From Pelomyxa schiedti (Eukaryota > Protista > Evosea): a stretch of DNA of 64,000 bases. The first letter of the stretch is position 1. Each line of letters opens with the position of its first letter. Position numbers and translations under genes: made by a program. The stretch covers positions 1 to 64,000 of the forward strand of contig JAHLWZ010000526.1 of the NCBI GenBank assembly GCA_020536535.1, given 5' to 3'. Below the pieces are notes generated by a model that did no database searches, was not told the origin of the DNA, and saw only the letters and a program-made list of their open reading frames with translations. This document shows positions 61,051-64,000 of this stretch, one piece after another.

Positions 61051-64000
61051 ATGGACACAGCAGAAAAAGTATTCACAAACATTTTTTGTTGGTTGTGTTC
61101 GTCTTTTGTGAGGGAGGGGACTTTCATTTGATTGCTCATTTTTTTTTTTTAAATAACAAGGAGAATTCGCGGTCACCTGTATACCTCTCCTAAAAAACCT
61201 TAATATTAACTCAAAGTATTATTCAGAAACCAATGGATTCAAGTCCCAAAGAAACTGGGTAGGTCATTGTTGTTCCCCTACAGCTTACATATAAATGTTA
61301 AAGTGCCATTTTTCACAAGGGACTCCTGTGATGCACGGTGCCCTCCAAATAGCACTTCATCTTTACCAACACAAGAACAAAAACGACAAGACAAACCCCC
61401 ACACAGTGCTGCACAAAAACCAACAACAACCAAAACATTCTCCACGCCGATCAGTTACGCACCTTCCTGGAAGCGAGGTGGTAATACTCCCTCCGGAGGA
61501 GCAAAGAACGCAACACCCAAACCAAAGGGAGCAGTTGGTGGTGGCAAAGACCTATGGGGATCATTGCAAATGCAAGCGCCATCGACGCAACCAGGGGTGA
61601 GTAACACCCAACAGCCTGCCACTCAAGAACCAACTATTCAGCATGATAACACAAAGGAAATTACACCTGAACCTCCAACTGGAGCCCCAGAAACTCAAAA
61701 TCCACCAACAATCCCCGCCACACAAACTCAAAGCGCACATGACCAAGTAGACATTACATGTTCTGTCCCACAGAATAATGCTTCACCTGTCACGACGTCG
61801 ACATCCACGCAAGTTGCACTCGCTCGGTCCCCGAGTCCGCCAGAAAGCTCTGAACCCAAAGGCGATCCCATCAAACTCCACAAGAATGATTGGAAGGGTA
61901 ATGTATCCAAGGCTCCTTCCCAAAGTGGAACAGAATCCTCTATAATCCCTTCAACGGCACCCCGTAACCATGAAAAGCCTGTCCCTTCCAGTAAACCCAA
62001 ATTTTCACCCTCTAATGTTTCTGGACAACCATCACCAAAGTCAACAACCCATAACACCTCTGCATCATTACAAAAGGTATCAATAAAACCAAGAGCAAAA
62101 AATACTCCACCATCCACAGGTCTATGGTCTCAACTTCAGTCCGGAACACCGACCGCCGCACCAGTGGAAAAACCAGCAACTGTACTAAGTACTTCAAACA
62201 TATGGTCTCATCTTCAGGTTTCTACACCATCATCAGCACCAGAACCAACCCCAAGTCCGACTCCAGCACCAGCGCCAAAGCCGACGCCAAAGCCGACGCC
62301 AACGCCGACACCTACACCGACTCCAACACCAACACCAACTTCCACTCCAACTCCAACTCCGACACAACCATCACATCGGAAACACAAAGGGGAAAAAGCT
62401 ACCGAATCACGGAAGTCAACACAAGATAACACTGTGACAACACAGAACTCTCCAAATCTGTGGTCCCAGCTACAGTTTACACCTTCTGTGTCACCAACAC
62501 CTTCTGCGTCTCCAACACCTTCAGTGACACCAACACATGCTGTGGCACCAACTCCAAGTATGTGGTCCCAACTTCAAGTGTCCCCTCAAACAGCAGACAA
62601 GTCATCCACAGCACCACAGAATACTTTATCATCTGAAGAGCCACCAAAATTGTCCGTACAACCAGCTGTCCCTACAGCCTGTTCTACTGAACCGAGTATG
62701 TTTTCTATTTCCGGCCTCTTACTGACACTATAGCAGAGCCTCTTCCAAAGGTTGTTGCCGGTGTTAGTATACAGGGCCCTCATCCGGCCCAGGAGGACCG
62801 ATTTGTTATAATCAGTCCCTTTCCTTCCTCCTCAAAGCCTGTATGTCCCCCTCAGAAATAAAAAAATTGAGTTGAGATAAGAGTAGTTGTTCGCCTTATT
62901 GCCATTTCAGCTCACCATACTGTAGTTGCCGAATGGCTGGACAGAGGACAGAACACCAGCAGGAAAGCCCTATTGGCGGGACTCAGTCAGTAAACTCACT
63001 CACTGGTCTCTCCCCCCAGCATTAGAAGTGGTACTTCAACAAGTTGAATTTTTACCACTCAATCAAGCAAGGAGACACACCTTTTTGCTATTTTTGATGG
63101 CCATGGTGGTTGTTCTGCAGCCGAATTTAGCATAAGACAACTTCCAACTATCTTGGCCAACAACCCAAATTTTGAATCTGACAAGAAGGAGGCCTTAATT
63201 CAGTCTTTTATCAGTACTGATGCTGCCTTCAGAGCGGTATTGCCAAATGCAATCAACCAACTACTATCTCACTACCACAAGAAATCAGCCAGTTGCGGAT
63301 GCACGGCACTTGTAGTACTTTTATCGGAAAATAAACTCTGGGTTGCCAATGCAGGTACTTACCATACAAATATATTTCTTTATGTTCACCACTCACCCAA
63401 AAAAAAAAAAACAAAGGTGATTGCCGGTGTGTGCTCGGGAAGAAGGATCGTACAGCTGTACCGTTATCATTTGACCATAAACCCTCTGACCCACAGGAGG
63501 AAGCCCGGATAAAAAAAGCAGGTTGTGTACCTCTTAAACACCACATACCATTGACTGTTGAACTAGGCTGTGAAGTTGTTGCCGAGATACTAAGTATGGG
63601 TAGCGATGGTCCCGTCTATCATCATCGTGTAAATGGAAGGTTCTTTCATCAACTAACTATCGCACCGAAATTTATTTTACTCTAGACTTGGGGTTGCCCG
63701 AGCTATTGGGGACGATGATTTCAAACAGTCAAACCTGCCACCTATTGAAAATGCTGTGTCATGTGTTCCTGATGTTTTAGAACATTCCATTACTCCTGAT
63801 GTGTGTTCATTGCCTCACTCTGAATGTTCCCCCACAAATAGTAGGATCATTTTCTTGTAATGGGCTGTGATGGGCTATGGGACACCATTTCAAATGAAGG
63901 GGTTGTTGCTAGAATATCCACAATGCTATCTACAAAGCCAAACCTCTCTGTTGGCCAGGTAACGTCCCGCTACATCAAATATTTCCCTAAAGAACTCAGT
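61051..64000 (+). CDS. PP2C/PPM phosphatase with WW domain and long Pro/Thr/Ser-rich N-terminus (3' end beyond window)
   Basis: WW: LPNGWTEDRTPAGKPYWRDSVSKLTHWSLPP. PP2C: FAIFDGHGG, GCTALV, WVANAG|DCR, LSFDHKP, RVNG|RLGVARAIGDDDFK, FLVMGCDGLWD. Start approximate. Confidence 0.9.

Noticed and set aside
1-64000. rRNA, tRNA, transposase or retroelement sequences
   Set aside because: No cloverleaf, rRNA signature, RT/integrase/DDE motif or terminal repeats were recognised by eye; tRNAscan-SE, Infernal and RepeatModeler would be needed to exclude them formally.

Overview
Gene-dense eukaryotic genomic DNA with about 24 protein-coding genes, most interrupted by short (mostly 35-70 nt) GT-AG introns, so the ORF track shows only exon fragments. 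The background is AT-leaning, with sharply bounded GC-rich patches mostly near gene 5' ends. An intronless gene with an 'ARxQF..CHxxRCGxxSPAR' N-terminus, together with the intron style, points to an archamoeba such as Pelomyxa; this is inference from recalled family patterns, not a database result. Recognisable genes: PH-domain protein, triple CCCH zinc finger, Pol-beta-like nucleotidyltransferase, a divergent actin carrying an in-frame TAA, a full-architecture WASP, HAD phosphatase, SEN2, a dynamin-related GTPase, a ~19.6 kb RNF213-like AAA+ gene, a Rad60/Esc2-like SUMO-like-domain protein, an adenylyl-cyclase-type membrane protein with no cyclase domain, USP5, TFB5, GSAP, a Q-rich protein, Maelstrom, a spliced cobalamin-binding radical SAM enzyme, an ankyrin protein, a secreted beta-helix protein and a WW-PP2C phosphatase truncated by the window end. 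The strongest leads are the bacterial-type B12/radical SAM gene with an intron inside its CxxxCxxC motif, the RNF213-like giant with no visible RING or RZ finger, and the Maelstrom protein with a degenerate DEDD motif. No rRNA, tRNA, CRISPR array or transposase was supported. Gene boundaries come from manual splicing and are approximate.
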